Of a stretch of 64,000 nucleotides of DNA, positions 10,165-19,984 are shown piece after piece. Numbering within the stretch: the stretch's first letter is position 1; each line of letters begins with the position of its first letter. The position numbers and the translations under genes are program-made. Source of the DNA: Pseudomonadota bacterium (lineage in GTDB: Bacteria > Pseudomonadota > Alphaproteobacteria > Rhodobacterales > Rhodobacteraceae). The DNA lies in assembly GCA_039030095.1 (NCBI GenBank), contig JBCCET010000004.1, positions 16,057-80,056 on the forward strand. Reading direction: 5' to 3'. The notes beneath the pieces are model-generated. The model saw only the letters and a list, made by a program, of their open reading frames with translations, was not told where the DNA came from and searched no databases.

Positions 10165-10401
10165 GTGGCATTGCATGAAAAGCGAAAAGACCTGGACAGC
10201 GAAAAGCAAAAGGCGCTGTTACGGCGGCTTGTGGCGGAGCTGTCCGGGATGGACCCGGACTTTTACTACCGGCCCACGGCAGAAATCGCCCAGGCCATAA
10301 AGACCTACATCAGCGGCAGCGCCAAACTTGTGCAAGAGGAACGGGCGTTGCTGGATAAGCTGTCGGTGCGAGACGTCGAGGTGCTTTTGAGCCTGCATTG
10401 A
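10165..10401 (+). CDS. small hypothetical protein (78 aa)
   Basis: GTG start 4 nt after the MOSC stop, with GGAAG upstream. The composition looks helical. No family recognised. Confidence 0.35.
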   Translation: MALHEKRKDLDSEKQKALLRRLVAELSGMDPDFYYRPTAEIAQAIKTYISGSAKLVQEERALLDKLSVRDVEVLLSLH

Positions 10402-10553
10402 TTTCCGGCTTGTCGTGCACGGCTACAATCCGTGGCGCATTGTGATCGATTGCCAAACTCGGTTTACATGAGTTGCCCAAGTTCACAGGACTGTTCGACC
10501 TTTGCACGTCAAACATGTTGCAGGTGTCGCATGAAACGCATTAGCTAATCCAA

Positions 10554-11771
10554 ATGACTGATTTCGATGTAATTGTGGTTGGTGCGGGCGCGGCTGGATT
10601 GGCTGCCACGCGGCATCTAATGGAGGTTGGGCGCGAGGTCACCTGCCTCGAATCCGCGGACCGGATTGGCGGGCGGGCGTACACAGACACCACTATTTTT
10701 GGTGTGCCTTTTGATATGGGGGCGCACTGGCTGCACTACGGCGCTCAAAACGCTTTTGTCCCAATAGGTCGCAATTCCGGCTTTGATATCTATGAGGCAT
10801 CAGAGGAACTGTTCTTCAAAGGAGACCTCTCTGAAGCCGCCTTTGATCGTGTATTGCATACGCTGGAACAGAAAGTTCAGGCGCCGCAAGACATGCCAAT
10901 GTCCAAGGCGGTCATCCCGCGCGATGACCAAGAACGAACCGCGCTTTTCCTAAAGGCACTCTCAGCGGGCCGCGATCTGGATGAGATTTCCATGCACGAA
11001 TGGGCCACCGCCGGGCTAGAGCAAGACAACTGGTACTGTCGCGAAGGGTTCGGCACCATCGTTACAAGGAACGGCGCAGGATTGCCGGTGCACCTGAACG
11101 CGCCTGTGAAGGATATTTCGCGGACCAAAGCAAGGGTGGAGATTGAAACACTTGGCGGCAAGATGACAGCCCGCCAGGTTATTGTGACAGTCTCCGTCGG
11201 CGTGCTCGCGTCAGAGGCCATCCGCTTTGATCCGCCGCTGGAAACAGCCCGATTGCGCGCGCTGGATGCGATCACGATGGGCACTTATAACCACATCGCG
11301 TTGCAATTTACCCATGACAGTTTGCCGGTGGGACCTGACACTTGGGCAGGTTACCCCATTACGGAATTGTCGGGGACACACGCACCCGATGGCGGGATTT
11401 TGACCAATATTTCTGGTACAGGGCTGTGCGTGTTCGAACACATTGGCAGTTTCGCGAGAGAGTTGGAGGACGCCGGGCCAGAGACCGCAATCACTTTCGC
11501 ACTAGACCAAATGGCAAATGTGTTTGGCAGCGATGTGCGAAAAGGTTTCGTCAAAGGCTTTGCCACCCGCTGGGCCTCCAACCCCCACACGCGCGGCGCT
11601 TATTCCGGCACACTCCCAAGCGGTGCCGGCCAGCGCGGCGCGTTGCGTAGCGCCCATGCAGAAACCATCCATTTCGCGGGTGAAGCAATGAACGAAGGCG
11701 AAACGGTCACGGTGTCCGGCGCACACAAAGAAGGCCTACGCGCCGCAAAAGACGCACTCGCAGCCCTCTGA
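10554..11771 (+). CDS. FAD-dependent amine oxidase family oxidoreductase
   Basis: 'DVIVVGAGAAGLAATRHL...ESADRIGGRAYTD' dinucleotide-binding motif, plus a C-terminal 'FAGEA' flavin amine oxidase signature. Confidence 0.8.
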   Translation: MTDFDVIVVGAGAAGLAATRHLMEVGREVTCLESADRIGGRAYTDTTIFGVPFDMGAHWLHYGAQNAFVPIGRNSGFDIYEASEELFFKGDLSEAAFDRVLHTLEQKVQAPQDMPMSKAVIPRDDQERTALFLKALSAGRDLDEISMHEWATAGLEQDNWYCREGFGTIVTRNGAGLPVHLNAPVKDISRTKARVEIETLGGKMTARQVIVTVSVGVLASEAIRFDPPLETARLRALDAITMGTYNHIALQFTHDSLPVGPDTWAGYPITELSGTHAPDGGILTNISGTGLCVFEHIGSFARELEDAGPETAITFALDQMANVFGSDVRKGFVKGFATRWASNPHTRGAYSGTLPSGAGQRGALRSAHAETIHFAGEAMNEGETVTVSGAHKEGLRAAKDALAAL

Positions 11772-11908
11772 GCCCGCGGTACTTTAAAAAAAATTGCCGC
11801 CGGGGACTCTCTTATGCCGCCAATAACCCGCCGGTCAGTGCGGAAGTCCACCAGTTAGACACGGCGCAACAGGAAACAATTGGCGTGCGTCGAAGACGCT
11901 CCATTGGA

Positions 11909-12625
11909 TCAGACCATCAACTCCAGCGCTTCGATAAGCGGTTTGTCTTCTGTCTCCATCACTTCAATGATGTGTCTATGCAGGCGGCGTTTGTGTTCGC
12001 CAAAAATGCGGCGAGATTTGTTGAAACTGCGCGCGTACTCCATCGCGGTTTCAAAAGTGGCGTCCGCATCCTCGCAAGCCGCCGTGATGACATGGTCTGC
12101 CGCCAGCTCATCCGCTGTGGCGCGGCGCCCGGTGAGTTTCAGTTCGTTAAAGCGGTGGTAAGGGACGGCTTTTTTCACAAATGAGATCATGCCGGGCATA
12201 AACGGTATGGAGATATCGACCTCCGGGAAACAAAAATATCCCCGGTCACGGCGCATGAAACGGAAGTCACAGGCGCAAGCGAGCATGGCTCCATTGCCAA
12301 AAGCGTGACCATTTATTGAAGCGATCACCGGGAAAGGCGCCAGAAGCAATCCTGCAAAGACATCGTTCATACCGTACATGAACGCTTTCATGTCATCGAA
12401 CCGCTTTTCGCGCATGGCAAGGTTTAGGAAATTGAGATCAACACCCTGGCTCCAGTTTTTCTCATCCGAGGAGGTGATGACCATGGCCGTAACAGACTTA
12501 TCGTCGGTGGCTTTTTGCAACGCATCAAGCATGGCATTGGCGAAGTCGAGGTTCTGGCGGTTCTCAGCGTTGTTGAGCGTGACCACGGCCACTTTTCCGT
12601 CCACGCGGTACTCTATGATGCTCAT
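11909..12625 (-). CDS. enoyl-CoA hydratase/isomerase (crotonase) family protein
   Basis: The track ORF extends to 12745. The ATG at 12625 has AGAAGGAA upstream and gives 'MSIIEYRVDGKVAVVTLNNAENRQN', a typical crotonase N-terminus. 'INGHAFGNGAMLACACDFR' is the oxyanion-hole segment. Confidence 0.8.
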   Translation of the reverse strand: MSIIEYRVDGKVAVVTLNNAENRQNLDFANAMLDALQKATDDKSVTAMVITSSDEKNWSQGVDLNFLNLAMREKRFDDMKAFMYGMNDVFAGLLLAPFPVIASINGHAFGNGAMLACACDFRFMRRDRGYFCFPEVDISIPFMPGMISFVKKAVPYHRFNELKLTGRRATADELAADHVITAACEDADATFETAMEYARSFNKSRRIFGEHKRRLHRHIIEVMETEDKPLIEALELMV

Positions 12626-12831
12626 GTCTGTATTCCTTCTGAGGCGCTGGGCATTCCTGCCCCGGCGCCAAAAGAAGTTCAACGGGCAGCACACTCTGAC
12701 GCAGCGTTTCGGCGCCTTTCCAAAAGGTGCGCCGTCCCGGCGCACACCGATTTTGGAACTCTTGGCGTGTGTGAGCCCTTAACGGTTGAGGGCTTTGATA
12801 GTGGCAGATGCGTTTGGCGTGCTACCCAGAA

Positions 12832-13236
12832 TTAGACGGCCATTGTGTAGTCCGCATCGTTCACCTCTTCGAGCCAATCAATGACAGATCCGTTTTCAGC
12901 CTCCTGCATAGCTATGTGTGTCATGGCCGTGTCCGGGCCTGCGCCGTGCCAGTGTTCGATGCCCGCAGGGATAAAGACTGTGTCACCGGCCCGAATGATC
13001 TGCGGCGCCGCGCCGCGCAAGGCAACGCGTCCGCAGCCTTGTGTTACATGCAGAGTCTGGCCAAGCGGGTGGGTATGCCAAAAGGTCCGCGCGCCGGGTT
13101 CGAAGCGGACGCTGACCGCCGCCAAGCGGCCAGGCTCTGGAACAGTGACAATTGGGTCTTGCCAGACATCACCGGTAAAATACGCGTTGGAGGATTTTTG
13201 TGTCGGCCGGTCGCCGGGGCGCCAGATATCCATCAA
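12832..13236 (-). CDS. cupin domain protein
   Basis: 134-aa ORF. 'FEPGARTFWHTHPLGQTLHV...GDTVFIPAGIEHWHGA' are the two cupin motifs. ATGA overlap with the upstream dehydrogenase. Confidence 0.8.
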   Translation of the reverse strand: MMDIWRPGDRPTQKSSNAYFTGDVWQDPIVTVPEPGRLAAVSVRFEPGARTFWHTHPLGQTLHVTQGCGRVALRGAAPQIIRAGDTVFIPAGIEHWHGAGPDTAMTHIAMQEAENGSVIDWLEEVNDADYTMAV

Positions 13237-14219
13237 AGCATGCTCGGCACGACTTGGTCCGGCGGGCGGTGCCCGTCGTCAAAGGTCTTGATATTGATGA
13301 TCACTTTTTCTCCCATCTCGACCCGTGCTTCCTGGGTCGCGGACGCCATATGCGGCAGAAGTATTACGTTTTTCAGGCCGCGCAGGCGCGGGTTAACCGC
13401 TTTCCCGTGCTCAAAAACGTCAAGCCCGGCGCCAGCTAGATCACCTGCCCGCAACATCCGGGTCAAAGCGTTTTCATCCACCACTTCCCCGCGCGATGTG
13501 TTCACAACCACCGCACCTTGTTTCATGAGCTTCAAGCGCCGTGCATTCATCAAGTGAAAAGTCGACGGCGTATGCGGACAGTTGATCGACAGCACGTCGA
13601 CGCGGGCTGTCATCTGGTCGAGTGATTCCCAGTAGGTGGCTTTCAATTCCGCTTCATGGTCGGGGTGGACGCGTTTTCGGTTGTGGTAATGGATTTGCAT
13701 GCCAAACGCGTTGGCCCGCCGAGCTACGGCTGAGCCAACCTGCCCCATCCCCAAAATGCCAAGTCGCTTGCCACCCAGGCGCGCACCCAGAAAGGCGGAC
13801 GGCGACCAACCTTGCCAATCACCTGATTGCATATGGGCAGATCCTTCACGCGTGCGTCGCATAACTGCCAGTATGAGCGACATGGTGATGTCTGCTGTGT
13901 CGTCAGCCAAAACACCGGGCGTGTTGGACACCAGAATGCCACGTTGGCGCGCAGTGGCCACGTCAATGTGGTCCACGCCCGACCCGTAGCTGGCAATCAG
14001 CCGCATGTTGTCACCGGCCTGCGCCAAGAGGCCTGCGTCGATTGAATCTGAAATGGTCGGCACCAAAACGTCGGCCGTTTTCAGTGCTGCTGTCAGTTGG
14101 CCCCGGGACATGGGCACGTCGTCTTCGTTGAGTGTTACGTCGAAGAGTTCTGCCAGCCGCGCCTCAACCACCTGGGGCAAGCGCCTGGTGACTGTCACTT
14201 TCAATCGGTCGCGTGGCAT
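13233..14219 (-). CDS. D-isomer-specific 2-hydroxyacid dehydrogenase (glyoxylate/hydroxypyruvate reductase-like)
   Basis: The track ORF extends to 14456. The ATG at 14219 gives a 328-aa protein, 'MPRDRLKVTVTRRLP...'. 'LGILGMGQVGSAVARRANAFGMQIHYHNR' is the NAD motif and 'LLPHMASAT' the catalytic His segment. Confidence 0.85.
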   Translation of the reverse strand: MPRDRLKVTVTRRLPQVVEARLAELFDVTLNEDDVPMSRGQLTAALKTADVLVPTISDSIDAGLLAQAGDNMRLIASYGSGVDHIDVATARQRGILVSNTPGVLADDTADITMSLILAVMRRTREGSAHMQSGDWQGWSPSAFLGARLGGKRLGILGMGQVGSAVARRANAFGMQIHYHNRKRVHPDHEAELKATYWESLDQMTARVDVLSINCPHTPSTFHLMNARRLKLMKQGAVVVNTSRGEVVDENALTRMLRAGDLAGAGLDVFEHGKAVNPRLRGLKNVILLPHMASATQEARVEMGEKVIINIKTFDDGHRPPDQVVPSML

Positions 14220-14331
14220 CCGTGTTGCCCCTTTTTGTTGGACTTGGCCCGTCCATTCTGGCAAAAATCCCCGCAACGGGGCAAGGCGAAAGACCCCTGA
14301 GAGTGAGCAGTAACCATAGGGCCGTGTTGGC

Positions 14332-14820
14332 ATGCACCGGACCATCAGTATCTTTCTAGCGCTGGCTTTGGCCGGAACAGCAGTTTCTGCGGACCGCGGT
14401 CCGGTGACAAATTTGCCGTTGCCGCGCTTCGTTTCTATGAAAGCCGAAGAAGGCAACGTGAGGCGCGGACCATCGTTAACCCATAGGGTTGATTGGATTT
14501 TTAACCATACCCATCAACCTTTGAAGGTTGTCGCCGAGTACGGCCATTGGCGCCGGGTTCAAGACCATGAGGGCCAGGGTGGTTGGATGCACTATTCCCT
14601 TTTGTCCGGCGCTCGCTGGGTTCGGGTTCAGGACGAAAAGATTGCAATGCGGCTGAAACCGAACGAAGCGGCAGCCACGCGCGCGTATGCGGAACGCGGC
14701 GCGCTCGCCCGGCTAGGCGATTGTCTGGAAAATTGGTGCGAGATCAGCGCCGACGGTTATTCCGGCTGGGTACTAAAATCCCAGATCTGGGGCGTCGCCA
14801 GGGATGAGCTGCGAGACTAG
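14332..14820 (+). CDS. SH3-like (DUF1058) domain protein, signal peptide
   Basis: 162-aa ORF. N-terminal signal 'MHRTISIFLALALAGTAVSA'. Two SH3b-like halves ('LPLPRFVSMKAEEGNVRRGPS...GWMH', 'CEISADGYSGWV'). Confidence 0.7.
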   Translation: MHRTISIFLALALAGTAVSADRGPVTNLPLPRFVSMKAEEGNVRRGPSLTHRVDWIFNHTHQPLKVVAEYGHWRRVQDHEGQGGWMHYSLLSGARWVRVQDEKIAMRLKPNEAAATRAYAERGALARLGDCLENWCEISADGYSGWVLKSQIWGVARDELRD

Positions 14821-15079
14821 AGCACGACACGAAGCATGCATAAGGTGCTGATTTAGGTAATTTTGCGAAAATCACCGCGGCTCAAATGCTTACCAAAGTT
14901 CGGTGAGCGCCGTCATTCAAATTTCGGAAAAAATGGGCTGCCTGAAAGCTCCGATCCTGAATTTACTTTGATCGGAGATTTTCACCGGATTCGGCAATAA
15001 GTAAGGCCGCAAGCCAACTTCGCAGTACGGTTTTTGAAGATAGCGCCAAACGATAGGTGAACTGGTCTGAAACGCGGAC

Positions 15080-17275
15080 CTAGGTCGCCGGATTCTCTGC
15101 CTCTACTGATCGGATTGCAGCGGCCCCGGCGGCGGTGCGTTTCTCTTCCGGAGTAGCAGCCTCATTCACCCGGACCGTGACCTCTTTGCTGGCAAAGCGA
15201 ATGCCTGCGTCTTCAAAGGCAGCACGGATGCGGTGCAGAAGTTCCCGGCGGATGGTAAACTGTTTGCCGGGGACGGCCTTAAACTTCACCCGCAGGATCA
15301 TGGCGCTGTCTTCCATTTGGATAACACCCTGAGACTTTGGCGGCTCGAGCAGACCATCTTTGATGATCGGGTCTTCCATACATTCGGCGCCAATCTTTTT
15401 GACCAGCTTTTTGACCTGCTGCGGGTCGGTGTCGAAGGTCAGGCGAAGGGGCAATTTCATGATAACCCAGTCACGTGAATAGTTGGTCAGGGCCGCAATC
15501 TCTCCAAACGGGATAGTGTGAACGGCGCCGAGGTGGTGGCGCAATTGCAGGCTGCGGACGGAAATGCGTTCCACCGTACCTTTGACAGAACCAAGATCAA
15601 TGTATTCGCCGCGACGGAAAGCATCGTCGATCAGGAAAAAGATGCCTGACACGATATCGCGGACCAGCGTCTGCGCACCAAAACCAATCGCCAGACCGAC
15701 AACACCGGCACCTGCCACCAATGGCGCCACATTCACGCCGATGCTGGACAGTGCTGAGAATATGCAGACCAAACCGATGATGACGAAAGCTGTTGTGCGA
15801 AGCAGCGGCAGAAGCGTTGCCGTACGGCTTGCGCCCAGACCACCTTCACCTTCTGCCGCGTCTTCGTCATCTTCACCCGGTGCCTCAGCCGCCGTGCGCA
15901 CATCTATCAGCGTTCGGATGAAATGCCACATCGCCCAGCCTACCAGGGCCGTCAAAAGCACATTGATCACTGCTTGCAGGGACCGCCCCGTCAGACCGGT
16001 TGCCGCAAGCGTTTGCGGATCAAGCCCCCATATTGACAGAAGAAGGAACACCCCAGTCGCCAGTAAAAGAACCTGCACACCGCTGCCGATTGACTGTTTG
16101 ACTGCATCATCCATGTCTTGCGCACGCAAATAGTGGACCAATATTCGGTAGCTGACCCAGAACCCGATAAACAAAAGCAGCGACTGGAAGATACTGGCCG
16201 CAATCAGGTTGATATCGCCGCTGGCCAGCGCGCCGACAGTGAAGGTCAACCAGGTCAGGATTTGCACGACGCTCAGGATCGCAGCCCAATTCCGCGCAAT
16301 CACGCTGTTAATCCGTCGATCCTCCAGCGGAGGACGAAGCTCCGCCGTGGCCCGGTTGACCAGCTGAATGCTAATGAGTGCCAGAATGATCCAGAGCGTG
16401 CCAAGCATCAGACTGATTAGGTCTGGCGCGCCCTGTGGGGCCTCAAATGTCATCATGACGTCTGTAGTTACAGTTTCAAACATCCACATGGCCGACAACC
16501 CCAAGACAACCCTGTGGGCCAGTCTGGTCGCATCATCACTCAGGGCAACCAGCCGATAAACTGGCCAGTTCAAAGGCAGGATGAAGTCCATGAAAGACCT
16601 TACCAACAAGACGACCGTCACCACGGCCACATAGCTCGATACAAAATATCGAAGGTCAGGGTCGTGGAAGAAGAGGTAAAGCACCGCCATTGCTGTCAGG
16701 GCGAAAGCAATAGAACTTGAAAGTTCAATCACCAGAAAGAAAGCCGCGTCCAAAATAGTCCTACCCGAGCTATATGCGCCTGTCGCCGCATTCCGCTCCG
16801 CGAGAGCTATCTGCATCTGTGCGGCGCGCTGTCGCCAGAAATAGCGCACTGCAAAACCCGCCAACAAACTTAGCGCAAATGCAAAAAACGCCATTGCAAT
16901 ACCGCCCGCAGCGCTGAGGCGTTGACCAACTGCAGCGAACGCAGCGCCCAGTTCGGGCCATTTCGAAAACAGGAAGGCCGCGTTGCCCGTTATGGCCGCA
17001 CCGATGTCCCGTGAATTACCCAACAACCCTTCTTGGTCCACAGGGTCTTCTGCGCGCCTGGCCGCAAACTCTGCTATCAAGATGTCGCGAACCTGCTCGT
17101 CACTTAAGCGACCGAGCATGGCCTGAAACTCTTCTTCGGTCAGGTTGTCAGACAGATTGACCGTCGTATTCTGGGCTTGCGCGATCGTCGTGGCGGCAAC
17201 TGAGAGCAAGACTACCAAGAGCACGCTTTTCAGCACACCCGTTAATCGTGATGGCGAATACAGTGTCTGGCTCAT
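15080..17275 (-). CDS. mechanosensitive ion channel family protein (large MscS/MscK-type)
   Basis: 731-aa ORF with a signal peptide, multiple TM helices, and the MscS core 'AGAGVVGLAIGFGAQTLVRDIVSGIFFLIDDAFRRGEYI'. Confidence 0.85.
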   Translation of the reverse strand: MSQTLYSPSRLTGVLKSVLLVVLLSVAATTIAQAQNTTVNLSDNLTEEEFQAMLGRLSDEQVRDILIAEFAARRAEDPVDQEGLLGNSRDIGAAITGNAAFLFSKWPELGAAFAAVGQRLSAAGGIAMAFFAFALSLLAGFAVRYFWRQRAAQMQIALAERNAATGAYSSGRTILDAAFFLVIELSSSIAFALTAMAVLYLFFHDPDLRYFVSSYVAVVTVVLLVRSFMDFILPLNWPVYRLVALSDDATRLAHRVVLGLSAMWMFETVTTDVMMTFEAPQGAPDLISLMLGTLWIILALISIQLVNRATAELRPPLEDRRINSVIARNWAAILSVVQILTWLTFTVGALASGDINLIAASIFQSLLLFIGFWVSYRILVHYLRAQDMDDAVKQSIGSGVQVLLLATGVFLLLSIWGLDPQTLAATGLTGRSLQAVINVLLTALVGWAMWHFIRTLIDVRTAAEAPGEDDEDAAEGEGGLGASRTATLLPLLRTTAFVIIGLVCIFSALSSIGVNVAPLVAGAGVVGLAIGFGAQTLVRDIVSGIFFLIDDAFRRGEYIDLGSVKGTVERISVRSLQLRHHLGAVHTIPFGEIAALTNYSRDWVIMKLPLRLTFDTDPQQVKKLVKKIGAECMEDPIIKDGLLEPPKSQGVIQMEDSAMILRVKFKAVPGKQFTIRRELLHRIRAAFEDAGIRFASKEVTVRVNEAATPEEKRTAAGAAAIRSVEAENPAT

Positions 17276-17651
17276 TGTCTACATGCCCACGCAAATTTCA
17301 CCGCGCGATCCAAACTGCTTCGGCAGATCAATTCAAGGATATTCCACCAAAAGCCCCCAAAATCTGCTCTACTAGGCCCTTAGGCTTATCAAGTCCTGCT
17401 GATAATCTAATGCTGTGGACCAGGGCACTTTGAGTTTAGGAGACAGCATATTGATGATGAAAGGCTAATTCGAAATCCGACATGCCTGATTCCATCACTC
17501 GACAAAGGTATGTACGAGGCGGCTTATGGGCTCAAAATTGCTCTCCCGACGGGCACTCGCCTCTGTGGACAACCTAGGATCTGGTACCTAGGCTGCCGGA
17601 CAGTTTTTGTGTCTATGCAAACCTGCCTCCTCCATTTTTGAAGGAACGAAA

Positions 17652-18473
17652 ATGATCACATCGCCCGGTTTTTCAAGGCTCTATGGCGGACTTTTAACTT
17701 GTGTTCTCGCCTTTACTATTTTGTGCTTACCTTTGCAGGCCGGTGCACAGGACCGGCGTTGGGAAGTAACAAAACCGTGGTACAAGGGCGGGTCTACCTA
17801 TCAATACGTTTCATCCGGACTTCTTCCGCAAGAATTCGCGCAAGTTGACTTCCGCTACACCACGGCGCTGTCCGTAGAGGCCGATTCTGCACTAAAACTG
17901 AACGATCCTGCCACCTATGAGCGTTTGGTACGCAGCTTGAAGGATGCCGTAGGACCGGATTCTTTCGAATTTGCCCGCTGCAAGACATGGCGTACCGATT
18001 CAGATCTTGGTCGCTGTGTGGCCCGCGTGATCCGTGAATTTGACACCCTGGACCTTAGTTTTGCATTGACGCTGGATCACCCGGCATCTGGCGTGCATCC
18101 AGTTTTGTTCAATTCCGTCAGTGAATTTCTGGCGCTTGCAAAACCAGAGACTGACGGAAAGCTCGTCCCCATTTTTCCTGATTGGATCAGACTTAGTGAA
18201 CATTGTTGGTTTAGCAAAGACGGGATCACGCCGCGAAAACTATACTCCAATGCAGCTGAGGCCAAAATCGTAACTACCGGGTCAAAACGCTGTGCACTTG
18301 GCGAGTATCGGTCAGCCTATTTCGTGGTCTCGTTAACACGCAGCAGACTTCGTGCACTGCAAGGTGACAGTATCCGGTTCAAATACCCCAGTTTCGGTTT
18401 GCGGTACAAACGAACAGACGGAAAAGATTTCACTATTTGGATCCCGTTCCTGACCCTTGAAAATGCAATGTAG
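17652..18473 (+). CDS. hypothetical secreted protein
   Basis: The ATG at 17652 is preceded by GAAGGAA. Signal-like N-terminus 'MITSPGFSRLYGGLLTCVLAFTILCLPLQAGAQ'. No family recognised. Lies in an AT-richer stretch. Confidence 0.55.
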   Translation: MITSPGFSRLYGGLLTCVLAFTILCLPLQAGAQDRRWEVTKPWYKGGSTYQYVSSGLLPQEFAQVDFRYTTALSVEADSALKLNDPATYERLVRSLKDAVGPDSFEFARCKTWRTDSDLGRCVARVIREFDTLDLSFALTLDHPASGVHPVLFNSVSEFLALAKPETDGKLVPIFPDWIRLSEHCWFSKDGITPRKLYSNAAEAKIVTTGSKRCALGEYRSAYFVVSLTRSRLRALQGDSIRFKYPSFGLRYKRTDGKDFTIWIPFLTLENAM

Positions 18474-18517
18474 ACACAATCTAATGGTCGATGACCCGGG
18501 TGTTGGGCAGACTTGGG

Positions 18518-18841
18518 TTAGTCCCTGATTTTATCAACCGGCATGGGCTTTTCCGGCACGTTAAAAAACTGATCTTCTGGCCGGTCGGATTCCTCAAGCC
18601 GCACCCTTGTGCCTTCGCTACCATCGACGAAGAACAAAAATACGCCGCACCAATACTCACCTTTGGCTGAACCGCTTTGTTGCAGCAAAACGTCGCCATC
18701 GGGGCTGCGGACTTGAAACTCGCGCGCCATCGCAAAATCATAAGTGCCGTAATTTCCATGAAGATCGCGGGGAACGTTGCGTGCATAGATGGTTCGGCCG
18801 CTGGCCGCGTCTCTTTCTTCTTCTTTCCAGCTATCGTCCAT
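18518..18841 (-). CDS. hypothetical protein (107 aa)
   Basis: Preferred over the overlapping 18481-18858 frame on composition (acidic, globular-looking versus Cys/Arg/Lys-rich). Convergent with the 17652-18473 gene. No family recognised. Confidence 0.4.
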   Translation of the reverse strand: MDDSWKEEERDAASGRTIYARNVPRDLHGNYGTYDFAMAREFQVRSPDGDVLLQQSGSAKGEYWCGVFLFFVDGSEGTRVRLEESDRPEDQFFNVPEKPMPVDKIRD

Positions 18842-19009
18842 CGAAGATGTCCATTCATTCTTGTGTATCAGCCCAAGCTAACCGCCTGGTCGTTCTGTAA
18901 CTTAAGGCAATGTCATGGTACCGTAAATCAGTGCCAAAGTCGGGCGCTGAAAATGGCTGAGGCTGAGTTGCTCCACTGGCCTAAAGCGCGCTGATGTCAA
19001 TGCGAGTTA

Positions 19010-19939
19010 TCAAACAACTTCGCGTGCCCAGGGTGGATTGGCACCGACACGTGACACGGTGATGCCCGCAGCTTTTGCCGCGTAAGTCATTGCTTTGCTT
19101 GCAACCTCTGGCGTTAGTGTTTGAAGTCCTGAACCAGAAAACGCGCCTTGTTTTTGCAATGACGCCAGAAAACCAGCGTTGAAGGTGTCGCCAGCGCCGA
19201 CTGTATCCGCCACTTTCATTTTCCTAGCGGGCACATGAACCGACGCACCTTCGGAGAGCCAAGCACTGGCACCTTCTTCACCGCGCGTTAATACCACCAA
19301 CCGAGGCCCCATTTCACGCAAGGCAGCGACGCGGTCCTGATCCGTTGGTTGATCCGGAATGAGCCAAGCCAGATCTTCGTCGGACACTTTAACGATGTCT
19401 GCAGCGCCCATCATCGTCTTCAACCTTGCCCGATACGCCGCCTCATCCTGGATAAATCCCTGCCGAATATTCGGATCGACCATGATCGGCATCTGGCCTT
19501 GGTACCTTTGCGCCAAAGCGGCATAGAAATCCCCGGCGGGTTCGCGCGCCAGGCTGATACCACCAAAATAAAGCGCCGACACTGAGTCCGGCAAATCAGG
19601 CACATCCGATGCGCGCAGTTGACGTTCGGCGCTTTGCTCATCAAAAAATGCGTATTGGGCCTGACCATTTACCAGTTTCACAAACGCCAGGGTGGTTGGT
19701 TGAGGGGACCGTATGATCAGATCGGTGCTGACATTGCTTGCAGCTAAGCTTGTCATCAATTGATCCCCGAACATATCCGTAGAAATCGCGGTCAGCAGAC
19801 CCGCGTTTACGTCCAACCGGCCCAGCGCGATGGATGTGCTGAAAACCGATCCGCCTGAAACCGGCAAAAAACCGGAATTTCCGAATGGCAGGTCTTGCGG
19901 GATCATATCGATGAGTGCTTCGCCGCAACACAAGATCAT
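19010..19939 (-). CDS. PfkB-family carbohydrate kinase (fructokinase)
   Basis: 309-aa ORF. N-terminus 'MILCCGEALIDM' and C-terminal 'DTVGAGDTFNAG' ribokinase/PfkB signature. Last gene of the polyol locus. Confidence 0.85.
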   Translation of the reverse strand: MILCCGEALIDMIPQDLPFGNSGFLPVSGGSVFSTSIALGRLDVNAGLLTAISTDMFGDQLMTSLAASNVSTDLIIRSPQPTTLAFVKLVNGQAQYAFFDEQSAERQLRASDVPDLPDSVSALYFGGISLAREPAGDFYAALAQRYQGQMPIMVDPNIRQGFIQDEAAYRARLKTMMGAADIVKVSDEDLAWLIPDQPTDQDRVAALREMGPRLVVLTRGEEGASAWLSEGASVHVPARKMKVADTVGAGDTFNAGFLASLQKQGAFSGSGLQTLTPEVASKAMTYAAKAAGITVSRVGANPPWAREVV

Positions 19940-19984
19940 TCCAGGCCGCCCTCCACTGCGTTATTGGCACTCACATGCGCCATG

